Positions 18,523 through 28,208 of a stretch of DNA of 64,000 nt are shown here, one piece after another (the first letter of the stretch is position 1; each line of letters starts with the position of its first letter). Origin of the DNA: Bacteroidota bacterium (lineage in GTDB: Bacteria; Bacteroidota; Bacteroidia; SXHM01); contig CANJWH010000004.1 of assembly GCA_947478465.1 (NCBI GenBank), positions 30,727-94,726 on the forward strand, read 5' to 3'. The notes beneath the pieces were generated by a model, which saw nothing but the letters and a program-made list of their open reading frames with translations, did no database searches and was not told where the DNA came from. The position numbers and the translations under genes were made by a program.

Positions 18523-19080
18523 ATGGCACAAACCCCAACAACTATAATTCCTCTTGGCTTTTCAGCACCGGAATTTTCATTGCACGATACCGTTTCAGGT
18601 AAAGTAATATCGCTAAATGAACTTAAATCAGATAAAGCAACAGTGATTATGTTCATCTGCAATCATTGTCCTTTTGTGGTTCATATAGTAGATGAACTTG
18701 TAAAACTTGCAAATGATTATATTCCTAATGGTGTTTCGTTCATTGCCATAAGTTCAAATGATGTAGTGAAATATCCGCAGGACGGACCAGTAAAAATGAA
18801 AGAATTTGCGATGGCAAATAATTTCCCCTTTTCATATTTATATGACGAAACTCAGGATGTTGCACGTGCTTATTCTGCCGCATGTACGCCAGACTTCAGC
18901 ATTTTTGATAGTGACTTAAAATGCATTTACCGTGGACAATTAGACGATTCGCGACCATCCAATGGAAAGCCTGTTACCGGAAAAGATATTCGTGAGGCGC
19001 TAGATGCAATTCTTGAAGGAAAATCTGTGAATCCAGAGCAAAAGGTGAGTATTGGGTGCAACATTAAATGGAAGCAATAG
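18523..19080 (+). CDS. Thioredoxin-family (AhpC/TSA) protein
   Basis: FICNHCPFV, AACTPDF, YRGQLDDSRP, SIGCNIKW. Confidence 0.92.
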   Translation: MAQTPTTIIPLGFSAPEFSLHDTVSGKVISLNELKSDKATVIMFICNHCPFVVHIVDELVKLANDYIPNGVSFIAISSNDVVKYPQDGPVKMKEFAMANNFPFSYLYDETQDVARAYSAACTPDFSIFDSDLKCIYRGQLDDSRPSNGKPVTGKDIREALDAILEGKSVNPEQKVSIGCNIKWKQ

Positions 19081-19924
19081 TTTTTTTTGCATCCTGTCTT
19101 TTGCTGTAAAGAATGTTCAGTAAAACACCAGCTACAACTAAAGATATCCCTAGAACAGCAAGCCAGCCATGGGTTTCGCCAAAGAACCCCCAGCCAAACG
19201 CAAGTGCATAAACAACACTCAGGTATTGTAAAATCATCACTTTTCCTGTTGTTTCTGCATGAAGAGCTTTAGTCATATACAACTGCCCTATTTGCACACA
19301 AATTCCCATTAACACAAGGAAAAGCAAATCAAGTGGAGTAGGAGTTACCCACTGAAAAAGACAGGCAATTGCAGCAAACGGGAGCGAGACAAGTGGGAAA
19401 TAAAAGACCACAACAATTGGATGGTCAGTATCTCTTAATTTTCTCACCACTGAATAGGCTAGCCCTGAAAACATTGCCGAAGCAATTCCAAGCGAGAGCC
19501 AAAAGAGGCTGATGCGCTCGTCAAAACCTTTGATAAAAGCAACACCTGTAAAAGAAACTGCAAAGAATAACCATTGCATGGGTTTTAATTTTTCACCCAG
19601 AAATATCATTGCAAAAATTGCTGTAAAAATGGGACTAAGGTTTTGAAGTGTAACTGCAGTTCCCAGTGGAATTGCCTGCAATGTTGAAAAGTAAATAGAT
19701 AACGAAATCAATCCAATAAATCCACGCAAAAACAATGATTTCTTATTATTCCCAAATGGATTTAAACCATAATAATGAATAGAAGATATACTTAGAATAA
19801 TAGAAACTAATGAGCGAAAGAAAATGAGTTCGTGGGGTGGAATATCAGGAAGAAATTTCACTAGCAAATTCATCAGCGAAAAAGCCAGTGTGCTGATGAG
19901 CATATAAAGGATTGCTTTGCTCAA
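19064..19924 (-). CDS. DMT/EamA family transporter
   Basis: About 10 hydrophobic helices in two EamA repeats (FLGEK, FFGE). Confidence 0.88.
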   Translation of the reverse strand: MSKAILYMLISTLAFSLMNLLVKFLPDIPPHELIFFRSLVSIILSISSIHYYGLNPFGNNKKSLFLRGFIGLISLSIYFSTLQAIPLGTAVTLQNLSPIFTAIFAMIFLGEKLKPMQWLFFAVSFTGVAFIKGFDERISLFWLSLGIASAMFSGLAYSVVRKLRDTDHPIVVVFYFPLVSLPFAAIACLFQWVTPTPLDLLFLVLMGICVQIGQLYMTKALHAETTGKVMILQYLSVVYALAFGWGFFGETHGWLAVLGISLVVAGVLLNILYSKRQDAKKTIASI

Positions 19925-19935
19925 AATTTACGATT

Positions 19936-21102
19936 TCAGGATTTGTGTGCTTTTACGTAGGTATTTACATCCGCAGCAGTAATCTTCTTATCACAGAGAA
20001 TTATTAAACGCTCTACCACATTTCGTAATTCGCGAATGTTGCCTGTCCAGTCAATGCTTTGCAATGCTTTCAGCGCATCGGTTGCAAATTCTTTTTGCGG
20101 CATTCCGTATTCCTGGCAAATCTGTTGAAGAAAGTGTTTTGCCAGTGTAGGGATATCATCTTTGCGCTCATTGAGCGATGGAACATGAATAAGAATAACG
20201 CCCAATCGATGGTATAAATCTTCACGAAAATTTCCTTTTTCAATTTCCTTTTTCAGGTTTTTATTTGTGGCGGCAATCACACGCACATTTACATTTATTT
20301 CCTTGTCGCCTCCAACTCTTGTAATTTTACTTTCCTGCAAGGCTCGCAAAACTTTTGCTTGAGCGGAAAGGCTCATGTCTCCAATTTCATCCAGAAATAA
20401 AGTTCCGCCATCTGCTAATTCAAAGTTTCCTTTTTTCTGGCGGATGGCAGAAGTGAAAGCTCCTTTTTCATGCCCGAACAATTCGCTTTCAATTAACTCT
20501 GATGGAATTGCAGCGCAGTTCACTTCAATTAATGGAGCTGAAGAACGCTGACTATTCTCATGTATAGCGTGAGCAACTAACTCTTTCCCGGTTCCGTTTT
20601 CTCCGGTAATTAAAACGCGTGCATCTGTTGGTGCAACGCGACTAATCATTTCGTGAATTTTTTTGATAGAACCTGATTCTCCAATCATTTCGTACTTCTT
20701 GCTGACTTTCTTTTTCAGAATTTTTGTCTCCGTAACTAAGTTTGATTTCTCAAATGCATTGCGGATTGTAACAAGTAACCGATTTAAATCTGGCGGTTTT
20801 GAAATGTAATCGTAAGCGCCTTTGCGGATAGCATCTACAGCGGTGTCAATGTTACCGTGCCCTGAAATCATAACAACAGGTACATCAGAATTAGTTTCAA
20901 GTATTTTATCTAAAACTTCCAAACCATCCATCTTTGGCATTTTGATATCACATAAAACAACATCATAATGATTGGACTTAACAAGTTTAAGCCCTTCTAA
21001 ACCATCGGGTGCATCATCAATAGCGTATCCTTCGTTTTCAAGGATATCACGCAGTGTTCTGCGTATACTATTTTCATCGTCAATTATTAAAATACGTTTC
21101 AT
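19936..21102 (-). CDS. Sigma-54-interacting response regulator (REC-AAA+) without a C-terminal HTH
   Basis: Receiver IIDDE...DIKMP; GENGTGKE, ESELFGHEKGAFTSA, FLDEIGD, GNIRELRN; the protein ends just after the AAA+ domain. Confidence 0.92.
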   Translation of the reverse strand: MKRILIIDDENSIRRTLRDILENEGYAIDDAPDGLEGLKLVKSNHYDVVLCDIKMPKMDGLEVLDKILETNSDVPVVMISGHGNIDTAVDAIRKGAYDYISKPPDLNRLLVTIRNAFEKSNLVTETKILKKKVSKKYEMIGESGSIKKIHEMISRVAPTDARVLITGENGTGKELVAHAIHENSQRSSAPLIEVNCAAIPSELIESELFGHEKGAFTSAIRQKKGNFELADGGTLFLDEIGDMSLSAQAKVLRALQESKITRVGGDKEINVNVRVIAATNKNLKKEIEKGNFREDLYHRLGVILIHVPSLNERKDDIPTLAKHFLQQICQEYGMPQKEFATDALKALQSIDWTGNIRELRNVVERLIILCDKKITAADVNTYVKAHKS

Positions 21103-22028
21103 AGCTTTTTTGTTATTTCTGATAAAACACCCTCTTTTAATGCGAAGGTAGAAAGCCTCATTTTTTTTATGTCAAATTCACGCAAAATGAAATTAGTAAA
21201 CAATGATGCAAGGACAATCATATCTACCCGCATTTCAATTAATCCTTCCATTTTGTAACGTTCATCAAGATTTGATTTTATAATCAGGTTGTGAATTTTA
21301 TTAAAATCTTCGAGATTAAATTCGTAAGAAGTTTTGTTGTCAAGCGTTTTCTCTTGGTGAAACCTGCAAAAAATCATTTCTGCAAAAGTATCAAACGAGC
21401 CTGAAGAACCAATTAGCGTATCAATCGGATGTTGCTCAACAGCTTTGAAAAGTGGCTGCAGTTTTTCTCTTAAATAATTATCGATTTTTTGAATTTCGAA
21501 CTCCGTAACCGGTTCAGAATGTTTAAAGAATTCATACATCCGAGAAACGCCTAAATCAAAACTATGCTTCCAGAAAATCTGTTCATTATTACAAATGATG
21601 AACTCTGTGCTTCCTCCGCCAATATCCATCACCAGAGCCTTGTCTGGGCCTATGTCCAATGCCTGACGAACACCGGCATAAATCAGTTCTGCTTCTTTTT
21701 CTCCTGAGATAATATTTACTTCAATATCGGTCTGTTTTTTAATTTCAGCTACAAAATCATTTCCATTTTTCGCGCTTCTCACTGCAGAAGTAGCAAAGGC
21801 AAAAATCTTTGTTACACTGTATCTATTAGCAGTTTCAAGATGTTTTTGCATTGCATCAATACCGCGTTGAAATGGAGATGGCGTAATAACATTGGTATTT
21901 ATTCCACCTTCACCAAGCTTCACTGCAATCTTAGTGTTGAAAATAATTTTGTAAGAATGATTGGCGGCAATTTCAGCCACCATCAGGTTAAATGTATTCG
22001 TGCCTAAATCTATGATTGCAATTCGCAC
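21099..22028 (-). CDS. ppx: Exopolyphosphatase Ppx/GppA family
   Basis: DLGTN, ATSAVRSAKN, EAELI, DIGGGSTE. Confidence 0.9.
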   Translation of the reverse strand: MRIAIIDLGTNTFNLMVAEIAANHSYKIIFNTKIAVKLGEGGINTNVITPSPFQRGIDAMQKHLETANRYSVTKIFAFATSAVRSAKNGNDFVAEIKKQTDIEVNIISGEKEAELIYAGVRQALDIGPDKALVMDIGGGSTEFIICNNEQIFWKHSFDLGVSRMYEFFKHSEPVTEFEIQKIDNYLREKLQPLFKAVEQHPIDTLIGSSGSFDTFAEMIFCRFHQEKTLDNKTSYEFNLEDFNKIHNLIIKSNLDERYKMEGLIEMRVDMIVLASLFTNFILREFDIKKMRLSTFALKEGVLSEITKKL

Positions 22029-22038
22029 AAGGTTGATT

Positions 22039-23373
22039 TTAGTGATAACGAATCCATTTCCATAATTCTTTGTAATTCACTTTTTTGCCATACATAAGAA
22101 TTCCTGTGCGGTAAATTTTACCAGCAAACCAAGTCGTTGCAATAAAACCGATAATCAGCAACGACATAGAAATCCATAAATCTGTGTAAGGATAAGGTAT
22201 CCCGAAAGGCAGGCGAACCATCATAATTATTGGTGATGTAAATGGAATTATAGAAAACCAGAATGCCATTGGCCCTTCAGGATTATTCATAACAAACTGT
22301 GCCATTACAAATGAAAGAATAAGCGGAATGGTAATCGGGAGCATGAATTGTTGTGTGTCGGCCTCATTGTCAACTGCTGCACCAACAGCGGCAAATAATG
22401 CACCATATAGCAAATAGCCGCCAATGAAGTAAAAGATAAAAGCACCAATAAGTAATGGGAAATTTATCTTATCAATACTTTTCCAGATTTCGTCCATATC
22501 TTCAGCAGCAGGTTGTTGTGCTTGCATATTTGGTTGTAATGCTGGTTGTCCGTTCATTGTCTGCTCCATAGGAACCGGAGCCGGAAGTGAATTTTTTTCT
22601 ACTCCCAAAAATCCTTTTGCTGCAGAAACAATTGTTGTAGTCAAAAATATCCAAAGCAAAAACTGAGTCAATCCAACCATTGCAATACCTATTATTTTTC
22701 CCATCATCAGTTGAAATGGCTTTACTGAAGAAATAATTACTTCAACAATACGGTTTGATTTTTCTTCTATAACACCGCGCATTACCTGAGCACCATAAAG
22801 GAATATGAAAAAATAAATCAAAACACCGCCCAGCATTCCTACTACCATACTCAACTCCGTATTCTTGCTTTCTTTTACACCGCTTTCATATTTGCTTTTG
22901 CGCATTTTTATATCGGTCTTGGCTGCAGCCAGAGTTTTTTTATCAATGCCTGCTTCTGATAGTTTCAGACTTTCCAACTCATTTTCAATGGAAGTTTCAA
23001 TGAACATAATGGTATTAAAACCCGGTTGTTTTTTATAAATTATTTCCGCACCATTGCTGTTAATAATGTTTTGAGGAATGTAAAGTACAGCAGAATAATA
23101 ATCTTCATCTAATTGTTTTTCTGCTTCCTTGATATTCATGTCTTTCACAAAATGAAACTTCAGATTATCCTTGTCAGAAAAACTGTTGTTGAATAATAAA
23201 CTCTCGTCCACAACAAGCACATCCGTTTTTTCATCTTCCTGTGTTGCCATCCAGATAGGCACAACAAACAATGCACCCATCAGCAGCGGGCCAAGGATTG
23301 TCATGATGATGAATGACTTTTGTTTTACCCGGGTAAGGTACTCGCGTTTTATGATAAGAACTATTTTATGCAT
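22039..23373 (-). CDS. ABC-2 transporter permease (NatB-like)
   Basis: REYLTRV, VIEEKSNRIVEVIISS, GKIIG, multiple TM helices. Confidence 0.9.
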   Translation of the reverse strand: MHKIVLIIKREYLTRVKQKSFIIMTILGPLLMGALFVVPIWMATQEDEKTDVLVVDESLLFNNSFSDKDNLKFHFVKDMNIKEAEKQLDEDYYSAVLYIPQNIINSNGAEIIYKKQPGFNTIMFIETSIENELESLKLSEAGIDKKTLAAAKTDIKMRKSKYESGVKESKNTELSMVVGMLGGVLIYFFIFLYGAQVMRGVIEEKSNRIVEVIISSVKPFQLMMGKIIGIAMVGLTQFLLWIFLTTTIVSAAKGFLGVEKNSLPAPVPMEQTMNGQPALQPNMQAQQPAAEDMDEIWKSIDKINFPLLIGAFIFYFIGGYLLYGALFAAVGAAVDNEADTQQFMLPITIPLILSFVMAQFVMNNPEGPMAFWFSIIPFTSPIIMMVRLPFGIPYPYTDLWISMSLLIIGFIATTWFAGKIYRTGILMYGKKVNYKELWKWIRYH

Positions 23374-24301
23374 GTGCCAGTTTTTTTAAAGCGTTCATTT
23401 CGTTTACTTTCTGAATAAAAATATCATTCATTGCAGGAATTTCTTCTTTGAATGAAACAATATTTACACGGGGAATAAGTGCAGACAGTAATTCGTTTGA
23501 ATTATGATTCCCGATTTTTATTCTCACCACTTTTTTGCCGTCATCTTCTTCTGTTGCAAGTAAATCAAAACCTGCGGGAAGCTGCAATCCGCTTCCACTT
23601 TGATCAAGATAGGCAACTTCCCAGATATTGTTTTTATAAGCCGAACGGATTTCTGAAACTGATCCGTCCAATATTTTTTTTGATTGATTAATGAGTGCAA
23701 TGTCATCACATAATTCTTCAACTGAGCCCATATTATGAGTTGAGAAGATAATGGTTGTGCCATTTTTCTTTAGCCTCAGAATTTCTTCTTTTATTATATT
23801 GGTATTAATAGGGTCAAAGCCGCTGAAAGGTTCATCTAATATGAGTAATTCGGGTTCATGCAGAATAGTGACAATGAACTGAACTTTTTGCGCCATACCC
23901 TTTGAAAGTTCTTCAACTTTCTTTTTCCACCAGCTTTCAATCTCAAATTTTTCAAACCAATATTTTAGTTTGGTTAGTGCATCTTTTCGGCTCAAACCTT
24001 TCAGTTGTGCAAGATATAATGCCTGTTCACCAACTTCCATTTTTTTATACAAGCCACGTTCTTCCGGCAGGTACCCAATTTTTTCGGTGTCAGCAGCAAT
24101 AAGTTTTCTTCCATGGAAATACAGTGTTCCACTATCAGGCGCTGTAATTTGCGTAATCATTCTGATGAGTGTTGTTTTACCTGCGCCATTAGGACCAAGT
24201 AAACCAAAGATGCTATTTTCTCTTACGCTAATGCTCACATCATCCAAAGCAAGATGCGTTGCATATCTTTTGGTAATATTTTCTGCTTTAAAAATCTCCA
24301 T
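23366..24301 (-). CDS. ABC transporter ATP-binding protein
   Basis: GPNGAGKTT, LSKGM, LDEPF. Confidence 0.93.
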   Translation of the reverse strand: MEIFKAENITKRYATHLALDDVSISVRENSIFGLLGPNGAGKTTLIRMITQITAPDSGTLYFHGRKLIAADTEKIGYLPEERGLYKKMEVGEQALYLAQLKGLSRKDALTKLKYWFEKFEIESWWKKKVEELSKGMAQKVQFIVTILHEPELLILDEPFSGFDPINTNIIKEEILRLKKNGTTIIFSTHNMGSVEELCDDIALINQSKKILDGSVSEIRSAYKNNIWEVAYLDQSGSGLQLPAGFDLLATEEDDGKKVVRIKIGNHNSNELLSALIPRVNIVSFKEEIPAMNDIFIQKVNEMNALKKLAHA

Positions 24302-24335
24302 GTATTTCTGATGTTAAAATATGATACTAAGTAAC

Positions 24336-24369
24336 AAAAAAATCCCCCGCGTATAGCGAGGGAGTTTTT
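24336..24369 (-). terminator. Intrinsic terminator after dnaJ
   Basis: TCCCCCGC-GTATA-GCGAGGGA hairpin flanked by A7 and T5. Confidence 0.65.
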
Positions 24370-24374
24370 ATTAA

Positions 24375-25535
24375 TCAATGAAAGTAGTCTTTCATTTTCT
24401 CGAAAAAACTTTTGTCGTTTTTATCAGGTTTGGGTTTAAAGTTTTCTGAGTTGCGCAGTTTTTCAAGCAAAGTGCGTTCTTCAGGGCTTAAATTTTTAGG
24501 TGTCCATACGTTAATGTCAACCAATATATCCCCTTTGTGTCTGGTATTATTTATATCAGGTAACCCTTTGTCACGCAGGCGTAATACTTTTCCACCTTGT
24601 GTCCCGGGTTCAATTTTTATTCGGGCTTTTCCGTCAATGGTAGGCACTTCAATGCTTGTTCCTAACGCTGCATCAATAAAGCTTACATGTAAATCGTAGT
24701 GCAGATTTATTCCATCTCTCTTTAATTGTTCATGTGGCTCTTCTTCAATTGCAATAATTAAATCTCCTGCAATTCCGCCTCTGGCTGCTGCATTTCCTTT
24801 GCCATTCATGGAAAGTTGCATCTCATCACTAACACCTGCGGGAATATTTATTTCAATTACTTCGTCACCTTTTACAATGCCATCACCAAAACAAGTATTG
24901 CATTTATTTTTTATGGTTTTTCCTTCACCACCACAGTGTGGACATGTTGTGGTAGTCTGCATTCTGCCCAGAATGGTATCTGTTACTCTTGTAACTTGTC
25001 CTGAACCGTGACAGGTAGTGCAATTTGAAAATCCTGAAGCATTTTCAGCGCCAGTACCTTTGCAACCAGTACACGAAATGTATTTGTTTACCTTGATTTT
25101 TTTCTGCGCTCCGTTCGCAATTTCTTCCAGATTAAGTTTTACTTTAACACGAAGATTGGTGCCGCGGTTTACTCTTCTTCCACCGCCACCTGAGCCTCTC
25201 CCGAAACCGCCACCAAAACTGCCGCTTCCGAAAATGTCACCAAACTGGCTGAAAATATCTTCCATGTTCATGCCACCACCACTGAAACCGCCATGTCCGC
25301 CACCATTATTTCCCATTCCGGCATGGCCAAATTGGTCGTAGCGACTGCGTTTGTCTTTGTCACTTAAAATTTCATAAGCTTCAGCAGCTTCCTTGAATTT
25401 GTCTTCCGATGCCTTATCACCCGGATTTTTATCAGGGTGATATTTCAGAGCCATTTTGCGATAAGCTTTTTTTATTTCAGCCTCATCCGCATTGCGGGCT
25501 ACACCTAATATTTCGTAAAAATCTTTCTTAGCCAT
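24375..25535 (-). CDS. dnaJ: Chaperone DnaJ
   Basis: J-domain HPD, G/F-rich region, four CxxCxGxG motifs. Confidence 0.98.
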   Translation of the reverse strand: MAKKDFYEILGVARNADEAEIKKAYRKMALKYHPDKNPGDKASEDKFKEAAEAYEILSDKDKRSRYDQFGHAGMGNNGGGHGGFSGGGMNMEDIFSQFGDIFGSGSFGGGFGRGSGGGGRRVNRGTNLRVKVKLNLEEIANGAQKKIKVNKYISCTGCKGTGAENASGFSNCTTCHGSGQVTRVTDTILGRMQTTTTCPHCGGEGKTIKNKCNTCFGDGIVKGDEVIEINIPAGVSDEMQLSMNGKGNAAARGGIAGDLIIAIEEEPHEQLKRDGINLHYDLHVSFIDAALGTSIEVPTIDGKARIKIEPGTQGGKVLRLRDKGLPDINNTRHKGDILVDINVWTPKNLSPEERTLLEKLRNSENFKPKPDKNDKSFFEKMKDYFH

Positions 25536-25545
25536 TCAATTAATT

Positions 25546-26118
25546 TTAATTTCCTACAATAACTTTTGCAAAACGAATAACCTTGCCGTTGAGTGAATAC
25601 CCTTTTTCAAGTTCTTCAACAACTTTGCCTTTCAAATCTTCGCTGGGAGCAGGAATGTTGGTTATTGCTTCGTGAATATCAGCATCGAAATTCTGCCCTT
25701 TGCTTTCCATTGCTGCCAGTCCTTTTTGTTGCAAATTAGTTCTCAGTTTATTGAAAATTAGTTCTACACCTTCTTTTACTGCAGTGATATCCTTTGCTTC
25801 ATTCATTGCAATCATTGCACGTTCAAAATCATCTAAAATTGGAAGCAGAACCTTGAAAATATCTTCTCCCGCAGTTTTGTGAAGTTCTATTTTTTCTTTT
25901 TGTGTACGCTTGCGGTAATTGTCAAACTCAGAATATAGGCGGATATATTTATCATTCAATTCTTCAACTTTGGCATTAAGCTGTTTCTCAATGTTTTCAA
26001 TTGCTTCGGTAATCGGTTGTATATTTTCCTGTTCAGTGTTTTGGTTTTCTTCAATACCAGTGCCCTGAGGTATATTTTCGTTTTCCTGAATCTCTGTCTT
26101 ATTTTCTTCTGTTGTCAT
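25546..26118 (-). CDS. grpE: Nucleotide exchange factor GrpE
   Basis: EFDNYRKR, HEAI, GYSLNGKVIRFAKV; start taken at MTTEENK. Confidence 0.95.
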   Translation of the reverse strand: MTTEENKTEIQENENIPQGTGIEENQNTEQENIQPITEAIENIEKQLNAKVEELNDKYIRLYSEFDNYRKRTQKEKIELHKTAGEDIFKVLLPILDDFERAMIAMNEAKDITAVKEGVELIFNKLRTNLQQKGLAAMESKGQNFDADIHEAITNIPAPSEDLKGKVVEELEKGYSLNGKVIRFAKVIVGN

Positions 26119-26181
26119 CTTATTTTTAGCATTAACATTGTCCAATCCGCCCTTCAAATAACCTGCCATTGCGTGATTTAA

Positions 26182-26192
26182 GACAATTTGTC
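26182..26192. promoter_or_regulatory. Palindrome in the grpE-dnaJ leader, candidate operator
   Basis: GACAA-T-TTGTC between the -7 element (TATTTTTG, 26216-26223 minus) and the grpE start. Confidence 0.35.
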
Positions 26193-26290
26193 AGCGGGTT
26201 ATTTTTATGAGGGCGCAAAAATAACAAACCATGCCAAACATTAACTTAATCTGCTAAGTATATTTGGCAATTATTAGTAACACATTATTA

Positions 26291-27568
26291 ATGAAAACTA
26301 AGATAGTAAATGCACAGGAAGCAGTAAGTGTTATCCAATCAGGTCAACGGGTTTTTGTGCAGGGAAGTGCAGCAACTCCATTGCGCCTTTTGCATGCTTT
26401 GGAGCATCGCGCAAATGAATTGCGTAAGGTTGAATTGGTTTGCCTAAGCGTATTAGGGGATTTAGGAATAAATAAGCCTGAATATAGTGACAGCTTTTAT
26501 TTCAATGCCTTATTTGTTTCGGAACCCATTCGTAAAAACGTGAATGGTAAAAATGGTGATTATGTTCCTGTTTTTTTAAGCGAAATCCATTTACTCTTTG
26601 AAAAAAATATTCTATCCCTTGATGTTGCACTTATTCATGTTTCGCCACCGGATAAACATGGATTTTGTTCGTTGGGTGTTTCGGTAGATATAACACGAGC
26701 TGCAGTTAAACATGCAAAGCATGTAGTCGCTCAGGTAAATCCGCAAATGCCCCGCACACATGGGGATGGGCTTATCCATATCAGTGAAATTGATACGATG
26801 GTTGAAGTTAATGAAGCATTACCGGAAGTTGATTATGGAAAACAAGTAAGTGATTGCGAAAGAACAATTGGCAAAAATGTGGCTTCATTGATTGATGACC
26901 GTGCAACTTTGCAAATGGGTATTGGAACAATTCCTGATGCTGTTATGGAATGTTTGGGAAATCATAAAGACTTAGGTGTGCATACCGAAATGTTTTCAGA
27001 TGGCGTAATGCATTTAATGCAGAAAGGTGCAATTACCAATAAGTTCAAAAGAAAGCACCGGGGTAAAGTTGCCACTTCATTTGCAATAGGAACCCGACAG
27101 CTTTATGATTTTGTTGATGATAACCCTCAGTTTGCTTTTCTGGAAGCCGGTTACGTCAATGATGGAAGCATTATCAGAACCAATCCCGGAGTGATTGCCA
27201 TTAACAGCGCTATTGAAATTGATTTAACCGGACAGGTTTGTGCAGATTCAATAGGAACTAAGCTTTATTCCGGTGTGGGCGGACAAATGGATTTTATGCG
27301 TGGTGCTGCATTGTCAGAAGGCGGAAAACCGATCATTGCAATGTCTTCCGTTACTTCAAAAGGTCAGTCCAAAATTGTTTCTTTTCTTAAACCCGGAGCT
27401 GGTGTAGTTACTACCCGTGCGCATGTGCATTATGTGGTTACAGAATATGGCATTGCTTATTTGTTTGGGAAAAACATGAAACAGCGTATGCATGAACTAA
27501 TAAAGATTGCTCATCCCGATCACAGAGAACAATTGGAAAAAGAGGCATTTGAAATATTTCCCAAATAA
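26291..27568 (+). CDS. Acetyl-CoA hydrolase/transferase (4-hydroxybutyrate CoA-transferase-like)
   Basis: LQMGIG, HTEMFSDG, GVGGQMDF, VVTEYG, IAHPDHRE; -7 element TATATTTG at 26259-26266. Confidence 0.93.
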   Translation: MKTKIVNAQEAVSVIQSGQRVFVQGSAATPLRLLHALEHRANELRKVELVCLSVLGDLGINKPEYSDSFYFNALFVSEPIRKNVNGKNGDYVPVFLSEIHLLFEKNILSLDVALIHVSPPDKHGFCSLGVSVDITRAAVKHAKHVVAQVNPQMPRTHGDGLIHISEIDTMVEVNEALPEVDYGKQVSDCERTIGKNVASLIDDRATLQMGIGTIPDAVMECLGNHKDLGVHTEMFSDGVMHLMQKGAITNKFKRKHRGKVATSFAIGTRQLYDFVDDNPQFAFLEAGYVNDGSIIRTNPGVIAINSAIEIDLTGQVCADSIGTKLYSGVGGQMDFMRGAALSEGGKPIIAMSSVTSKGQSKIVSFLKPGAGVVTTRAHVHYVVTEYGIAYLFGKNMKQRMHELIKIAHPDHREQLEKEAFEIFPK

Positions 27569-27600
27569 AAAAGCCCCGAAATTTCGGGGCTTTTTATTTT
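27563..27600. terminator. Bidirectional intrinsic terminator
   Basis: AAAAAAGCCCCGAAA-TTTCGGGGCTTTTT between convergent genes. Confidence 0.9.
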
Positions 27601-27612
27601 TTCTCACGATTC

Positions 27613-28155
27613 TTATTTTATCAAATACTGTTCGATTGCTTGCTCTAATGCAGGTCCGCGCAGGTTCTGTCCTATAATAATTCCTTTGCCGTCAATAAGC
27701 CAGTTTGTTGGAATGCCTCGAACTCCATAAGCAGCAGCTGCTGCAGAATTCCAGCCCATTAAATCACTAACGTGAGTGTCCCAGATTAATCCATCAGTTT
27801 GAATTCCGTTTTTCCAGGCTTGTGCATTTTGGTCGAGTGAAACACCAAAAACTGTGAAGCCCTTTCCACGGGTAAAATTTGCATCTTTATATTTATTGTA
27901 AGCCATAACCACATTTGGGTTTTCTATGCGGCAAGGGCGGCACCATGAAGCCCAGAAGTCAATTAATACAATTTTGCCTTTCAATGAAGAAAGAGCCACA
28001 TCAATACCCTCAGGATTTTTGAATTTAAGTTCGGGAGCTATATCGCCTACCGCAAGTCCAATTTTAGGTGAGGTTGCAGTTGCTCCGGTTTGAGCATAAG
28101 TTCCAGCCTGAAAAATAATAAGAGTAATAAATGAAAGAAAAAGTGATTTGTTCAT
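27613..28155 (-). CDS. TlpA-family disulfide reductase
   Basis: Signal peptide, DFWASWCRPCR, GVSLD, IPTNWLID; -7 element TAACTTTG at 28177-28184 (minus). Confidence 0.92.
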   Translation of the reverse strand: MNKSLFLSFITLIIFQAGTYAQTGATATSPKIGLAVGDIAPELKFKNPEGIDVALSSLKGKIVLIDFWASWCRPCRIENPNVVMAYNKYKDANFTRGKGFTVFGVSLDQNAQAWKNGIQTDGLIWDTHVSDLMGWNSAAAAAYGVRGIPTNWLIDGKGIIIGQNLRGPALEQAIEQYLIK

Positions 28156-28208
28156 GTTTCGTTTTTTAATGTTTTGCAAAGTTAAACAATAATGTTGCCA
28201 AAAAAGTT

